From Octopus vulgaris (lineage: Eukaryota), in the NCBI GenBank assembly GCA_951406725.2, contig OX597821.1, positions 93,682,001-93,746,000 on the forward strand: 64,000 nucleotides of DNA, in the 5' to 3' direction. Both the position numbers and the translations under genes were made by a program. Numbering within the stretch: position 1 is the first letter of the stretch; the number at the start of each line of letters is the position of its first letter. The notes under the pieces were generated by a model, which made no database searches, had not been told where the DNA came from, and worked only from the letters and a program-made list of their open reading frames with translations. This document shows, piece by piece, positions 12,690-26,145 of the stretch.

Positions 12690-13887
12690 ATTTTGGTGTC
12701 AGCCTAATATTTTAGTCGGTAGGCTATAGGATGCTTTTTTATTTTATTACTCCTCATTATGATCTCAATTCAGTTAGAGTGCTCAACTGAAAGGAGTAAA
12801 AATATACATCATTTGTAACAAACAAGAGAAAATTTCAATGTATAGTGCAGAGTATAATGATATTTATTCAGCTGAACCCAAAACCATTACTCAGGTTTCT
12901 TGTTTACGTGCTCGATCTAATTGCATTTCGATGGAATAAATGCAATAAAGTGTTCATTTGTTCAAGATGGTATTGAAGTCTCACTATTTCATTAACAAAG
13001 ACAGACCATGTGACTCACTCATAAAGAGTGGTAACTCTCAACAGAAATGAAACCTTTTCAATTCAGAAGGACTTTGCGTAATTTTTAGCAAAAATTTTTT
13101 AGCAAAAATTTGCAAAATTAAACAAATCACTAATCACAACCAAGCTTCTACACACACTAGAAAAACAAACCAACCAAATTTAATTGCCAACGTAGGACTA
13201 GGTGCTATCAAAAGGGAAAATACTAATCAAAAGAAATAGTGTGAAGTTCAAAAAGATCTTTTATTACAACATACAAGCCCTTATGGCAACCAAAATGTAA
13301 TATTCTCAATGACAACTTTATTCAAAAATAGAAGGCATTTATGTTAATAATCACTAAAATAGGAGAGCAAGAAAGCTCAAATCACAAAGAAATTTGTTTA
13401 CCATTGTGAAGTCTTAGGTTTGATCTCACAGTGTTGCACCTTCAGTAAATATTATTTACCTAAGTTTCAATTAATCCAAACCATATGTGTGGAAACTGAG
13501 TGGATGAAAACTGCAAAAAGCCATCTGCTAGCCAGATATATTTTATGTGAGAATTAAATTAAGAGTACACACATCTGTGGAATACTTAGTTACTTTTACT
13601 ATAATTAAATGAACAATTATCATCAAACACGATGGCAGATATATTTACTTTATATTTACATTTAATGTGCTCATACACATTCATACACATATTCTCTCAT
13701 ACACAAACATAAAAACCTTTATTTAATGCAAAAATGAATTCACTCACTTCTTCACCGGTATTAAATACATACATACATACATATATATATATGTGTGTCT
13801 GTGTGTGTGTATTTACACACTGAAAGATGTATAAACACACACACATGTGTGTGTGTTTGTGGGTGTATTTATATATTGAAAGATGTT

Positions 13888-13927
<40 letters not shown>

Positions 13928-14604
13928 ATGCACACGTGTCTGTATGCATGTGGTAAGAAAGAAGAAAAATCTATTTTAATTATCTCAGTAATATATCCTT
14001 AGGAAGTTCGCATTTTCTTGGGTAAAGTCCTGTTGTTGACAAACAGGAGAATTAGATCTAGCAAAGCACCCATCCCCAGGTTAGAGACAAATGTAACCAT
14101 ACCAAGCAAAAACATATAATAAAAAAACAATAGATAAATTGGAAAAAAAAATAAAGAAAATTATCAATTGCAAACAACATGAATATCTTCATCTTACCAC
14201 ATCTTTGGTACAACTTTATGTGCTAATTTATTTTGTGCATGGATATGACATCATTGAATTAGCAACAGTAATTTATCAGCTGACTGGCTTGATGGCTAGC
14301 TGGCCTGCTGGCTGGCTGGCTGGAATGGATGGATGGATGGATGGATGGATGGATGGATGGATGGATGGATGGATGGATGGATGAATGGATGGATCTCTCA
14401 TTGGTTCAGTGCAAAAAAACACATGCAAAGTTTGCCTCAACTTTATGGTAGTGGTGTCATCTATACATGTGTGTGTGTGTGTGTGCGTGTGTTTATGTGT
14501 GTGTGTGCACGCGCGCACGTGTGTTTGTGTGTGTGTGTGTGTATATATATATATTTATATATATATATATATATATACACAGACACACACATTACAATAA
14601 TCCT

Positions 14605-14802
14605 TTCTACTATAGTCACAAGGTGTGAAATTTGGGGAGGAGGGGGGGTTAGTTGATTATATCGACCCCAGTGTTTCACTGGTACTTGTTTCATCGACCT
14701 CAAAAGGATGAAAGGCAAAGTCAACCACAGAATGTAAAGTCGGACAAAATATTGCAATGCATTTTGCCCAGCATGCAAAAAATTCTGCCTGCTCACCACC
14801 TT
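14605..14802 (-). mobile_element. Deu/Nin-domain SINE (diverged)
   Basis: CACAAGG...CTGGTACTT...AAAGGATGAAAGGCAAAGTCAACC. Confidence 0.7.
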
Positions 14803-14819
14803 AATACATATCATATCAC

Positions 14820-14857
<38 letters not shown>

Positions 14858-14868
14858 TGATAATGACA

Positions 14869-14899
<31 letters not shown>

Positions 14900-15773
14900 T
14901 GATAATAATAATGATACCCTGACAAAATGCCAGAAATACTCTGAAGTATAATAACATCAACTTGGTTATTCAGGACATAAAAAGCCAGAACAAAATACCA
15001 TGAAACATCCAACATGATGAATTTGTTCTATAAATCTACCACCCCAGCCTGATATTCTATTTCATCAACCCTAGGAGGATAATATGTAAGGTTGAGCTTA
15101 GATTTGAACTGAGGTTGTGAAGCAGGCATGAGTAACCTTGGTTCATCATCAGGTGAAGTGCGATCTCAAGGTATGAACACACTGGGCAGTTGCCCAAGAA
15201 TCTTACAGATCTAGTGGCCCAATTCTGATCCATGACTTTTGTGGCTTACTCTAAATAAATAAATAAATAAATAATATAGCCCCTGTGCAATGATTTGTCC
15301 AATGATTGGGGGGGGGCTATAATGTTAACACAGTCCCAATCAAGTGATTCATTATTAAAAACATTCATTAGGCATGCCATTCAGAAAGTCCTATGGTTGT
15401 TGTAAAGAGCAAGAATAAACACTGCAAGGCACATTACCTGACATTGTAATATTTCTATCAATTTACCATTTTACTAAGTCCTGAGGAATTCATATTTATT
15501 GATTTCTAACATGAGTGCAAAAATCATGTCTAGAAGGAAGATATTGTCAATGAAATCAACTGAGTAAATAGCTGGTACTTATTCTACAGAAGAATGAAAT
15601 GTAAAATCCACTCTAGTTGAATTTCAGCCGAAAACCTAACTGGGAATCAATACTACAATGCAGAAAGCTGCTTATTAATTAAGTATGTTACAGTTACTAA
15701 AAGTACTAAAAGAAAGCAATTATTAAAAGGTTGACTGTCTGGAAATATTTTTATAAATTCCTGTTCTAAGAAA

Positions 15774-16057
15774 TCTTTATATATAAAAGAAAGGTTGTGT
15801 GTCTGTCTACTCCGATTTAGATTCCTAACTACTCCCACATTTTGTGGTGCAGTTTAACCAAAACCGGGTACCAAAACCGGGTATCTTCTGGGTATTAGTG
15901 CGCGTCTATGATGAGTCTACGATTTTAAAAATAATTTACCATCATATTTTTTCCATTTTTAATGCATTTTTTTTACTATTTTTTGGCTATAACTCTCTAA
16001 AAATGCTTTATAGTTATTTCCCTTACAAACCCGAGCAACGCCGGGCGATACTGCTAG
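15774..16057 (+). mobile_element. Non-autonomous Helitron
   Basis: 5' A|TC start, subterminal hairpin CCCGAGCAACGCCGGG and CTAG 3' end; homologous to 22859-23258. Confidence 0.8.
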
Positions 16058-18170
16058 CATTCTATAATTTCGATTTCTCAAGTTTATTGAATTTTTTAAC
16101 TCCAGTTTCTCACAAATTCAAATATTCATTGCATTCCCTGCATCCAATTCTTCACAAATTTAAATATTCATTACATCCACTATGGAGTATTCCATTTTCA
16201 TTTGCAAAGTCTCTCAGTTTCTTTTTCAATGTTTTCATTTCAAGTTTTAATTCGCTATTCGAAAAATCAACAGTTTATTCTATTAATGTATACATAATGT
16301 AAAAACATTATTTATTAAATGAAAATTTTTAAAAATACCCATATAATTTTTGTAAAAAGAATTTTAAAGATATTTCGTTGCTATGGCTATTTGGAACGCT
16401 ATAAGCCTTACAAAAATAACTATCCAGACCAACTTTGGTCTTTTTCTTTTTGAACTTAAAAACCACGGGAGGAGCCTGTTCCATAAAAAAAAAAACAAAT
16501 TGTAAATAATTTCGGAGGAAAAGGTGAACAATGCAAGGGAGGTTTTGCTGTTGTTTCTAGCACAACCCAAACCACCCTCCCTTTTCACTCTCACATGGAT
16601 TAATGTTTTTTTCAATACTTTTCTCCCATTAAACACATTTTATGGAATGATGATGCCAAAGTAACACATGCATGGTCTATTGGTGGACTATGGGCAACAA
16701 AATAAATTGTAATCTAAATTTTTACTCCCACCTCAACCAAGCAAAGCCATGTGTGTGTGTGTGTGTGTGTAAAAAAACACATTTTCTAATAGAAAAGTAT
16801 GCTATTAAAATGAATTATCTCTCTAGGAATTTTGATACTCTTCTAAAGGACACAAAGCTAGCCACAAGCTTCTGATGACACAAAGTGTGAAAACAGAATT
16901 CAGTTTTTATTCAAAATGCTTCTCACTTAGACAATACAAAATCATCAGAACAGAATGAACATCACACATTCTCAGCTCTTCTCTTCAATTAGTTTTTCTA
17001 ACTTATGGCTAAGTAAGAAATCAATATGTGTTACAGATGAGAAAAATAAACTTTGCAGAGTCTAGAATAGGAAGCTTCAGAAAATTCTGTTTTTCTTCTT
17101 TTTTCTGTTTTTATTCTGCCTTCCTTCCTTCCTTCCTCTTCTCTCCTTCTCTCCTTACATCACTCCTTCTGTACACACAACCACATACACTTACATTTCA
17201 TGGTTGTCTACATCATTGTAAAATTTTACATGTTTTGTCAATCGAAAAATCTGACATATATAAGAAGCTGATGTTAATATTTCTTTAGAAAATAATGGCT
17301 TTTGCATAAAAGACTGGTTTTATGTAGACCAATATTTGACAAAATTATAACTTTATCACTTCTGCCCTTTGGGAAAGTAGTCTCAAATAAAAGGGTTATG
17401 AATTTTAAGCTCAATTTTATTGTGTATATAGAGCTAGACAGGTGTGGGAGTGGAAGGGAAGGAGAAGAAGACTAGTAGAAAGAAAATATAAAGAAAATGA
17501 AATAGTCAGAGAGATAGAGAGAGAGAGACAGAGAGAGAATGTGTGTGTGAGAGAGAGAGATGCAAACAGACTTAGATGAAGAATAAAAGAGAAACATAAG
17601 TTGAAGTGTTATTCACTGAGAAATTAAACAATTCGAAAGAAGGAAAAAGACGAAGAATTAAAAAGATAGAAAAATAAAATATAAGATAGAAAATGTCAAA
17701 GTTTTGACCATGTTCCAAACACAGGTGAATAAAGCTAATATAAGCACCATTGCTGCTGGAGGCTAACAGACTAAGGATACATATCCTTCACACCATATTA
17801 ACTCCAGTCCTTGTTTTAAATTAAGTTTTTGTCATAAAGCATTCAGAAGGAGGAATAAGGAGTCAGAATGGCTGAACAAGTGGCTAAAGGGAGAAGAATT
17901 AATTTTTCCATTACTGGTTTAGCTCTGTGTTATTGAGTAAGTCAAAAGAAAATGTAAATAAAAAAAGAAACAATAGAAAGACTCTCAGACGCACAGACGG
18001 ACAACATGACAGTATAATAAAGCAGCAGAAAGTTTCTAAGTTGTCAAATATTTTACTATGCTATGATTAAAACAACTTCAACTACTGGGGAGGAAAAAAA
18101 AAAACGAGTGCTTAGCATTATAGACAAAAGAAATATGTGTATGTATGTATGTGTGTGTATGTGGGTGGGT

Positions 18171-18228
<58 letters not shown>

Positions 18229-18619
18229 CTCTATTTATAATGATCAAGTTGCTGTTGTTTTCACTTCGTCTCAGGGCATGATCCTGCTGTTAAAAAGTTA
18301 AGCTGACCTTGTAGAGACCACTTACATGGAATGTGTAACCAGCTGCACAATTATGATGTGTGTAAAAGAAAAGATATGTGTTACTGTGCACGTTGCCTTC
18401 CAAGAGAGGTGAGGGGTGTTAAATATGCATTTGGCATTATGCAAATACTTGACTGAATGATAAAACTAGGATTTCTTCAACAGAACCAGAAAATATTTTA
18501 TCCTTCAATAACCACTAACTCTTTCTTAGAACTTTAATCAGACAGACAATGGAATACAGATCTTGCATGTAAAACGAAACTGCTACTACATATAGAAATA
18601 TCCTCTAAAATATATCTAA

Positions 18620-19006
18620 TCGGAGAAGGAATCTGTGAAAGAGGTAGACCCAGGAAGACATGGAGTGCAGTGGTGAAGCCTGACCTTCAAATGTTGGGTC
18701 TCACAGAGGTAATGACAAGTGATCATAACTTTTGGCAATTTGTTGTGCTTGAGAAGACTCATCAAACCAAGTGAAATTGTAGTCGTGGTCAGTGCTGGTG
18801 ACACGTAAAAGGAACCCGTGCTGGTGACTCATAAAAGGTACCCACTACACTCTTGGAGTGGTTGGTGTTAGGAAGGGCATCTAACCACGGAAATCATGCC
18901 AAATCAATCTGGAACCTGGAACAGTTTTCCGACTTAGCAGTTCCAGTCAAACCATCAAACCCATGCCAGCATGGAAAGTGGATGCTAAATGATGATGATG
19001 ATGATG
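18620..19006 (+). mobile_element. RTE-clade LINE 3' fragment
   Basis: EGICERGRPRKTWSAVVKPDLQMLGL..MTSD..FW C-terminal motif, followed by a 3' UTR and a (GAT)n tail. Confidence 0.85.
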
Positions 19007-19244
19007 AGATATCTATTCAACAGATTATCATAAAACCTCTCACCAATACACTTCAACCTCTGGTTCATAGAAGTTTTGTCTTCTCACTCAACTTTTTGTA
19101 ACCTCTACAACACTAGCCTCCACTCTTTGGTGCTGGATGGTCTTCTGCCATTGAAGGCATGACCAACTGAATCATCACTTCTACTGTGCCCACACTCTAT
19201 CCCCAGGCCTTACACTATCCCCAGGCCCCACACTATCCCCACGT

Positions 19245-19678
19245 GTGAATGGTGCTTTTTACACACCACCGGCACGGTTGCCAGTCAGGCAGCACAGGCA
19301 TCAGCCACAACAATTTCACTTGACTCAACAGGTCTTCTCAAGCACAGCATATTGCCCAATGATTGAAGGGTGCTTTTGAACAGGCTGGTTATATGACACT
19401 GTCATCAGCCATGTCTTCTCAAGCACAGCATATCTCCAAATGCCCTGGTCACTTGTCATTGCCTCTGTGAGGCCCAACTTTCAAAGGTCATACTCCAGCA
19501 CTTTATCCCTGGTCTTCCTGGATCTACCTCTTCCACAGGTTCTCTCCACTGTTAGGGTGTGACACTTCTTCACACAACTGTCCTTGTCCACACACAACAC
19601 ATGACCATGCCAGCACACTTGTCTCTCTTGCACATCACATCTGATGCTTCTTATGTCCAACTTTTGCTCAGGGTACTT
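19245..19678 (-). mobile_element. RTE-clade LINE 3' fragment, inverted relative to 18620-19006
   Basis: ORF 19481-19750 includes ERQVCWHGHV...CVKKCHTLTVERTCGRGRSRKT. Confidence 0.85.
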
Positions 19679-20238
19679 ATATATATAGTAGAAATATGTT
19701 ACAAAAAGAAAATATAAGATACACATGGAAATGTAAGGGTAAAATATCAAAAATCAAAGAAAATGCACATTGCAAATAAAAAAAAGGCTTTTTATGACAG
19801 GTAACGACAAATATATACATTTAGATTGACTGAGGTAGTAATAAAAGTCATTATTATGAGATGATTATAAGATGATTATAAAGTCAGAAAACAAAGCAAA
19901 CCATGGTTTCGGCAAAAAGCTATTCACATATATATATATATATCATCATCATCATCATCATCACTATCATCATCATCATCTTCTTTATCATTTAACGTCC
20001 ACTTTTTTATGCTTGCATTAGTCAGATGGAAGTTGTTGAGTCAGATTTATTTATTATGGTCAGACACGTGTACTTGTCTCTCCATCATATTTCAGCCTCT
20101 CAACTAGCCCCACTTTGTTGAGGCAGTTTTTTTCTTTTTCCTTTTCTTTTTTCCTGCAAGTCACTTGTTAACATCACTAGTGCTGGTGGCATGAAATATA
20201 TATATAGATTGCAAAATAGGTTAGCATTGGGAAGGGCA

Positions 20239-20273
<35 letters not shown>

Positions 20274-20706
20274 AGAGAAACCATAGCAAAGCTGACATTG
20301 GAGCTCAACACAGTTCCTGTTGAATCCTGTCAAACCATCCAAGCCATGCTAGCATGATGTAAAACAGGCGTTAAATGATGATGGTGATGATGCTGATAAC
20401 GATGAGGATCATGATCATGATCATGATGTTTGTGTGTGTATGTGTGTGTGTGTATAAATGCATTTACATATATATATATTAAAATGATAAAGTTAATGTC
20501 TGGTCATAGAGTAACCAATGGTTTTGCATCCATGAGGAGTGTAGCTTCACAGACAACTCATCAAACTCTAGTCAAGAGACAAATTTAACTCTTCATCATC
20601 GGTCACTCTATGACCAGACATTAACTTTAGTACTTTAATACTTTAGTACTCTAGACTTCAGAGTGTGCTTCTCTTCGGATGTATGATACATTGACAACAT
20701 ATATAT

Positions 20707-20751
<45 letters not shown>

Positions 20752-20823
20752 TAAGAAAGTTTGTTTGGTAAAGCACGTGGGTGAATATATAAGAAAATAG
20801 TAAAGTGTGAAAAAACATAAATG

Positions 20824-20856
<33 letters not shown>

Positions 20857-21022
20857 GGTTTCGCGTGTAGCTTTTCAAATTTCTTGTGACGTTATGTTTA
20901 TATTGCATGGAATTATCGTTGTTTTTATTTCCAGGAGATTTCTAAATAAGGGGAGGTAGTGAGTGATTTTTTCCGGTGTAGGGGAGATAATCGCTTAAAA
21001 AATTTTTTTTCCCATTTCCTTG

Positions 21023-21550
21023 TTAATTTCTCTGTGTCAGTATGTTCGGATGGTTGAGTCTGGGTTTGTACTTTTCAATGAAGAATGTTTCCTTGTTCAG
21101 TCTCATTTGTGTTGATGATCCGAAAGCACATTGGTAAAATGGGAAGATTAAAAATTGTGGCAGTAGTTGCTTTGCGCATTTCTCAATGTGCTCACTAAAA
21201 GGTATCATTCTATATTCTGGGAATGCAATCTGTTGTCGATGCAGTGTGCATCTGCGCCTGAGTGATAGTCCCGTGGAACCCACGTAGTCTTGGTGGCAGC
21301 CCGAGCATTTAATAACATAAATTATGTTTTCAGAGGCACAAGTAAAGTTAGATTTGATCTTAAATTTCTGTCCCTCTTTAAAGAAGAATTCTGATCCTTC
21401 CAATAGGTTAGGACATGTTGCACAGTTCGATCTACCACATTTTTTTACTTTGCATCCGTAATTTTAGAAGACAATTTTGCCTTTGTGAGAATCTTTTTAA
21501 GTGATTTAGGCTGTTTGTAGCTTTTAATGATTTGGTGTATGTTTAGAATT
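21023..21550 (-). pseudogene. PLE GIY-YIG endonuclease domain (C-terminal fragment of the PLE ORF)
   Basis: KQPKSLKKILTKAK...KKCGRSNCATCP...FTCASENIIYVIKCSGCHQDYVGST..SLRRRCTLH...KETFFIEKY...LN shows the Cys motif, the IY/YVG strands and the conserved Arg, Glu and Asn. Open from about 21465 to the stop at 21023. Confidence 0.9.
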
Positions 21551-21681
21551 TGACTACATAAGGAAGAAACAATCCTGGTTTCATTTTCACCGGAAAAAAA
21601 TCACTCACTACCTCCCCTTATTTAGAAATCTCCTGGAAATAAAAACAACGATAATTCCATGCAATATAAACATAACGTCAC

Positions 21682-21721
21682 AAGAAATTTGAAAAGCTAC
21701 ACGCGAAACCGGTAATTTCTT
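21682..21721 (+). ncRNA. Minimal type-I hammerhead-like ribozyme motif (U3-A8 core variant)
   Basis: AAGAAAT-TTGAAAA-GC tacac GC-GAA-ACCGGT-A-ATTTCTT: stem I, core, 2-bp stem II, palindromic stem III and a GUA site. Confidence 0.65.
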
Positions 21722-21856
21722 TAAAAATTTTTAAATTATGTCATTTTAAGGAAAGGAAAAAAAAAAATTTTCCAATATTCTCCAGACATTTTGACACAAA
21801 TATATATATTTTTTAACATTTAAGCCTTCTGTCGTTTTTTCACACTTTACTATTTT

Positions 21857-21960
<104 letters not shown>

Positions 21961-21987
21961 CATATATATATACACATATATATATAT

Positions 21988-22030
<43 letters not shown>

Positions 22031-22089
22031 TATATACACATATATATATATCTATATATATATATATATACATATATATATACACACAC

Positions 22090-22138
<49 letters not shown>

Positions 22139-22159
22139 TATATATATACATACACACAG

Positions 22160-22357
22160 CCAATTCAAATAAACAATCGATTCAAAAAAATGAATGATAT
22201 AATTAACAGACAACAAGAGGACGTGCACAAGGAACATATTAGCTTGATGCTTGGTGAAAAGAGAGAGCTTGATATTTCGAGCACAGCTCTTCATTGGAAA
22301 GGAGAAAGAGAAAAATCCAAAGAAGGGAAAGACATTGCCAACACCACATGCGTGTTG

Positions 22358-22358
<1 letters not shown>
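22160..22358 (-). mobile_element. PLE terminal-repeat-like fragment with decayed hammerhead motif
   Basis: Minus 22266-22302 reads CCAATGAA-GAGC tgt GCTC-GAAATATCAAG. Lies between TA/CA tracts and resembles 32087-32257. Confidence 0.5.
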
Positions 22359-22374
<16 letters not shown>

Positions 22375-22388
<14 letters not shown>

Positions 22389-23258
22389 TGAAGTTGTGTT
22401 CCTAACTACTCCCACATTTTGCGGTGCAGTTTAACCAAATTCGGGTATCTTATAGTCGTGATTCATATCGAGCCCGTCTGGGTATTAGCGCGCGTCTACG
22501 ATGAGTCTACGATTTTAAAAATAATTTAACATCATTTTTTTCCATTTCTTCCAATTTTTTCGTGTGTCAATGGCGGCAGAGTTGGCGTCCATGCTCACAC
22601 CTGCACCTGTGTTGCTTCTCCTCCTTCTTCCCTCCCTCGTGAAGCTGTGGGGAAGGCAGGGTAGGGAAATCAAGGTCGTAAAGCATTGTCAAGGAGACCA
22701 GTGTTCTTTTAGAACAATGACTTCATGGCTTGAAGTCACCAAAACAGAAATCGCTAAAAAAGCTGAAACAGATCCACAAAAACGGCAAAAACCGCCACAC
22801 AGGGCAGGTTTCCTGTGCAAACAATTTGCACAACCGAATGTTTTAGTTGTTGCACAAATCTTTATATATAAAAGTGAAGTTGTGTGTCTGTCTCCTACGA
22901 TTTAGATTCCTAACTACTCCCATATTTTGCGGTGCAGTTTAACCAAAACCGGGTATCTTATAGTCGTGATTCATATCGAGCCCTTCTGGGTATTAGCGCG
23001 TGTCTACGATGAGTCTACGATTTAAAAAAAAAATTACCATCATTTTTTCCATTTTAATGCAGTTTTCGCTATTATATAAGGGAAGTAACTCTTTAAAAAT
23101 GTCTACGATGAGTCAACGATTTAAAAAAAATTTACCATCATTTTTTATTCCATTTTTAATGCATTTTTTTGCTATTTTTTTTTTTGCTATAACTCACTAA
23201 AAATGCTTATATAGTTATTTCCCTTACAAACCCGAGCAACGCCGGGCGATACTGCTAG
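22375..23258 (+). mobile_element. Composite non-autonomous Helitron (5' piece 22375-22858 plus complete copy 22859-23258)
   Basis: Two starts TATATAAAAGTGAAGTTGTGT; the second begins A|TC. A single 3' hairpin CCCGAGCAACGCCGGG followed by CTAG|T. Confidence 0.8.
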
Positions 23259-23617
23259 TATATATATATATAAATATATATATTCCAATAATGATAAAGG
23301 ATAAAATTAATTAATTAATAATTAATCAATAATTTTACCAAGTAGTTCGGTACATTAAAATAACCTTTTGGGGTAACATTATACATATATTTTATAATAA
23401 TGAGCATAATTATAATCAAGGGTCAGCTAATTGCTTCACCGCACACCGAACTTAGAAACTGCAGTTAAAATACCATTCCACTACCATAAATATCTCTCAG
23501 ACAATAACATTGATCTCTTTGAAGACTCAATTTGAAGACTCCACTAGAATGGACAAAAGCACTAACGTATAATATATGATATATAATGTATAAAAACATG
23601 TAACATACTAATAAATA

Positions 23618-23753
<136 letters not shown>

Positions 23754-23956
23754 AATAAATATTTTATATATAAAGAACGTGAAATACAGGAAGGGACAAA
23801 CACGGAACACAGACAAATCATTCGAAGCCTTCAATCTTCAGTCAGACATATATATATAAATATATATACATACATACATATAGACATACAGACATATAAT
23901 GGACATAGACAAATATATATATATATATACATATATATACATATATATACTCAAAT

Positions 23957-23987
<31 letters not shown>

Positions 23988-23999
23988 CACACATATGGA

Positions 24000-24175
24000 T
24001 GGCACGTAAAAGCACCCACTACACTCTCAAAGTGGTTGGCATTAGGATGGGCATCCAGCTGTAGAAAGTCTGCCAGATCAGATTGGAGTCTGGTGCAGCC
24101 ATCTGGTTCACCAGACCTCAATCAAATCGTCCAACCCATGCTAGCTTGGAAAGCGGACGTTAAATAGTGATGATA
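24000..24175 (+). mobile_element. RTE-type 3' tail element
   Basis: Homologous to 60-255. Confidence 0.75.
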
Positions 24176-25219
24176 TATATACATACATACATATATGAAG
24201 CACAGAATTTTGTCAGTGAACAGCTCGAAGTTTAAAAGCAATGAAAATATTTTGACAAATTAAATTTAAATGTTGGAGTGAATTTAACGGATTTTGTGTG
24301 TTTTTAAATGGGTTATAAACACCTTCCACACTGCAATTATTTTGTGTATATATATATATTCTGTGAATATGTATACATGTATGTACAAATGTATGTATAC
24401 ATTCATGCATATGTTTAAAAAATTCTTGATCATCTGTGTAATTTATACACTTTCTATCTATTTATACATTTTCTATCCTACCCACATCATTTATCTTACG
24501 TTTTTAGAATTATAAGCCTGCCATAAACATTAAATAAGTCAAATTCAATATCCAAAGACAGTTCAACTATTTATTTATATTTCAGTAGAAAAGTTATGCC
24601 TGAGTGCATAGCCATTGTTGTGTGATTAACAAGTTCACTTCATAACCAAGTCTCTGTTTCATCAAACTCCAGGGTATTTTGGGTTCAAGTTTTATGAGTG
24701 AAAAATGACTAAAACAAAAATTGTGTCAAAGCCAGTTTGAACGTTTGACATTTTTCTTTCATTCTTTTTGGTGAATTTTTGTTGATTCTTTTTTTCTTTT
24801 TCGCTATTTGTTTGTTTGGGGGTGGGGTGTTGTGAGTATAGAGATTTAATTTGACACCTCACATTTCCACACTTACTTTGCCTTTGGGAGCTACCAACGA
24901 AGTCCACTTTTGTTGCAAACATTTGAGTCAGGTCAACAATGTGAAAGCTTCTCACAGTCTCCTACTAAGCATTGACCTTCCACTTCTAACTAAACCACCG
25001 GGAAAAATTAAAAACAAAAATCTCATGGAAAATTTCACATGTTCTCCCATATGAACTCCTACGTATGTTCCTAAATCACAAATCCTTAATTCAATTATCA
25101 CCATCATCATCATCATCATCATCCCTAATTATTGATTTGCACCGAATGAAATCCCATCAACCAATCAATCAATTCGATCATTTTATTTTCCAAGTTTGCT
25201 TTAATTTAGGATTCGTCTA

Positions 25220-26145
25220 GGTGATGATAATGGTTGGGATGACGTTGGTGACGGTGTCAGCGGCGGTGGTGACGGTGTCAGCGGCGGTGGTGGCGGTGGT
25301 GGTGGTGCAGGTGGTGGTGCAGGTGGTGGTGGTGGTGGTAACAGTGGTGGTGGTGGTGGAAGCATGGGTGGTGATATTGATGGTGGTGGTGGTGGTGGTG
25401 GTGATGTGGTGGTGGTGGTAGTGGTGGTGGTGGTGGTGCAGGTGGTGGTGCAGGTGATGGGTGGTGGTAACGGTGGTGGTGGTGATGGAATTTGTGATGG
25501 TGGTAGAATTCGTGGTGGTGGTGCTGGTGGTGATATGGATGGTTCATGATGATGATGATAATCATGATGATGGTGATGATGGTTATGGTGGTAGTAATGG
25601 CAATGGTGCTGGTGCTGGTACTGGTGTTCACGTTGGTGTTGGTACTGGTGCTGCTGCTACTGCTGGTAGTTGTGGCACATTCTCTTGCAACTGCTGCAGA
25701 ACTTTGTAGGCTGTTTCTTTGACAATGTTTTTTTTTGTTTTTGGTTTTTTTTTTCTTTTTAGTTTATGCTTGATGTTACTGTTGCAATTGCTTGCAATCT
25801 TTTTTTTTTATTATTATTCTTTTTCTTCCTTCATTTCTAACTTTCCCGACCAATGCTTGCAGGAGTATGTGTCTCCACCACCACCACCACCAACACTAAA
25901 ACTTTCAATCTTTGCCACCACATCATCACCATTATCATCATCATCGTCATCATCGTTGTCATCTTCCTCATCGTCACCACCGTCAACATCATCATCATCA
26001 TCACCATCAATATCATCATCATCATCATCATCATCAACATCATCATCATCACCATCATTGTCATCTTCATCATCGTCATCACCGTCATCATCATCATCAT
26101 CATCATCGCCATCAATAGCATCATCATCATCATCATCACCATCAT
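25220..26145. repeat. (GGT/GAT)n field followed by an opposite-polarity (ACC/ATC)n field
   Basis: Read directly. Confidence 0.9.

Larger units (their letters stand above)
10440..12790 (-). mobile_element. Decayed Penelope-like element, RT and thumb/linker region, interrupted by two SINEs
   Basis: Manual minus-strand translation through stops and frameshifts gives KCELWIINKHILDTINTK, TIKWFINI, MELVDLYL, IYRDDGLTV (YRDDG at 11202-11216), FKVFGLKV..KVVNLLD and RKMIWFNPP (10530-10556), in the order expected for a PLE RT. Confidence 0.85.

Noticed and set aside
18275-18408. Plus-strand exon (TCTCAG|...GAG|GTGAGG)
   Set aside because: Stops occur in all three frames; it could only be non-coding and has no other support.
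19831-19850. let-7-like start TGAGGTAGTA
   Set aside because: Only 10 nt match, the rest diverges, and no precursor hairpin is evident.
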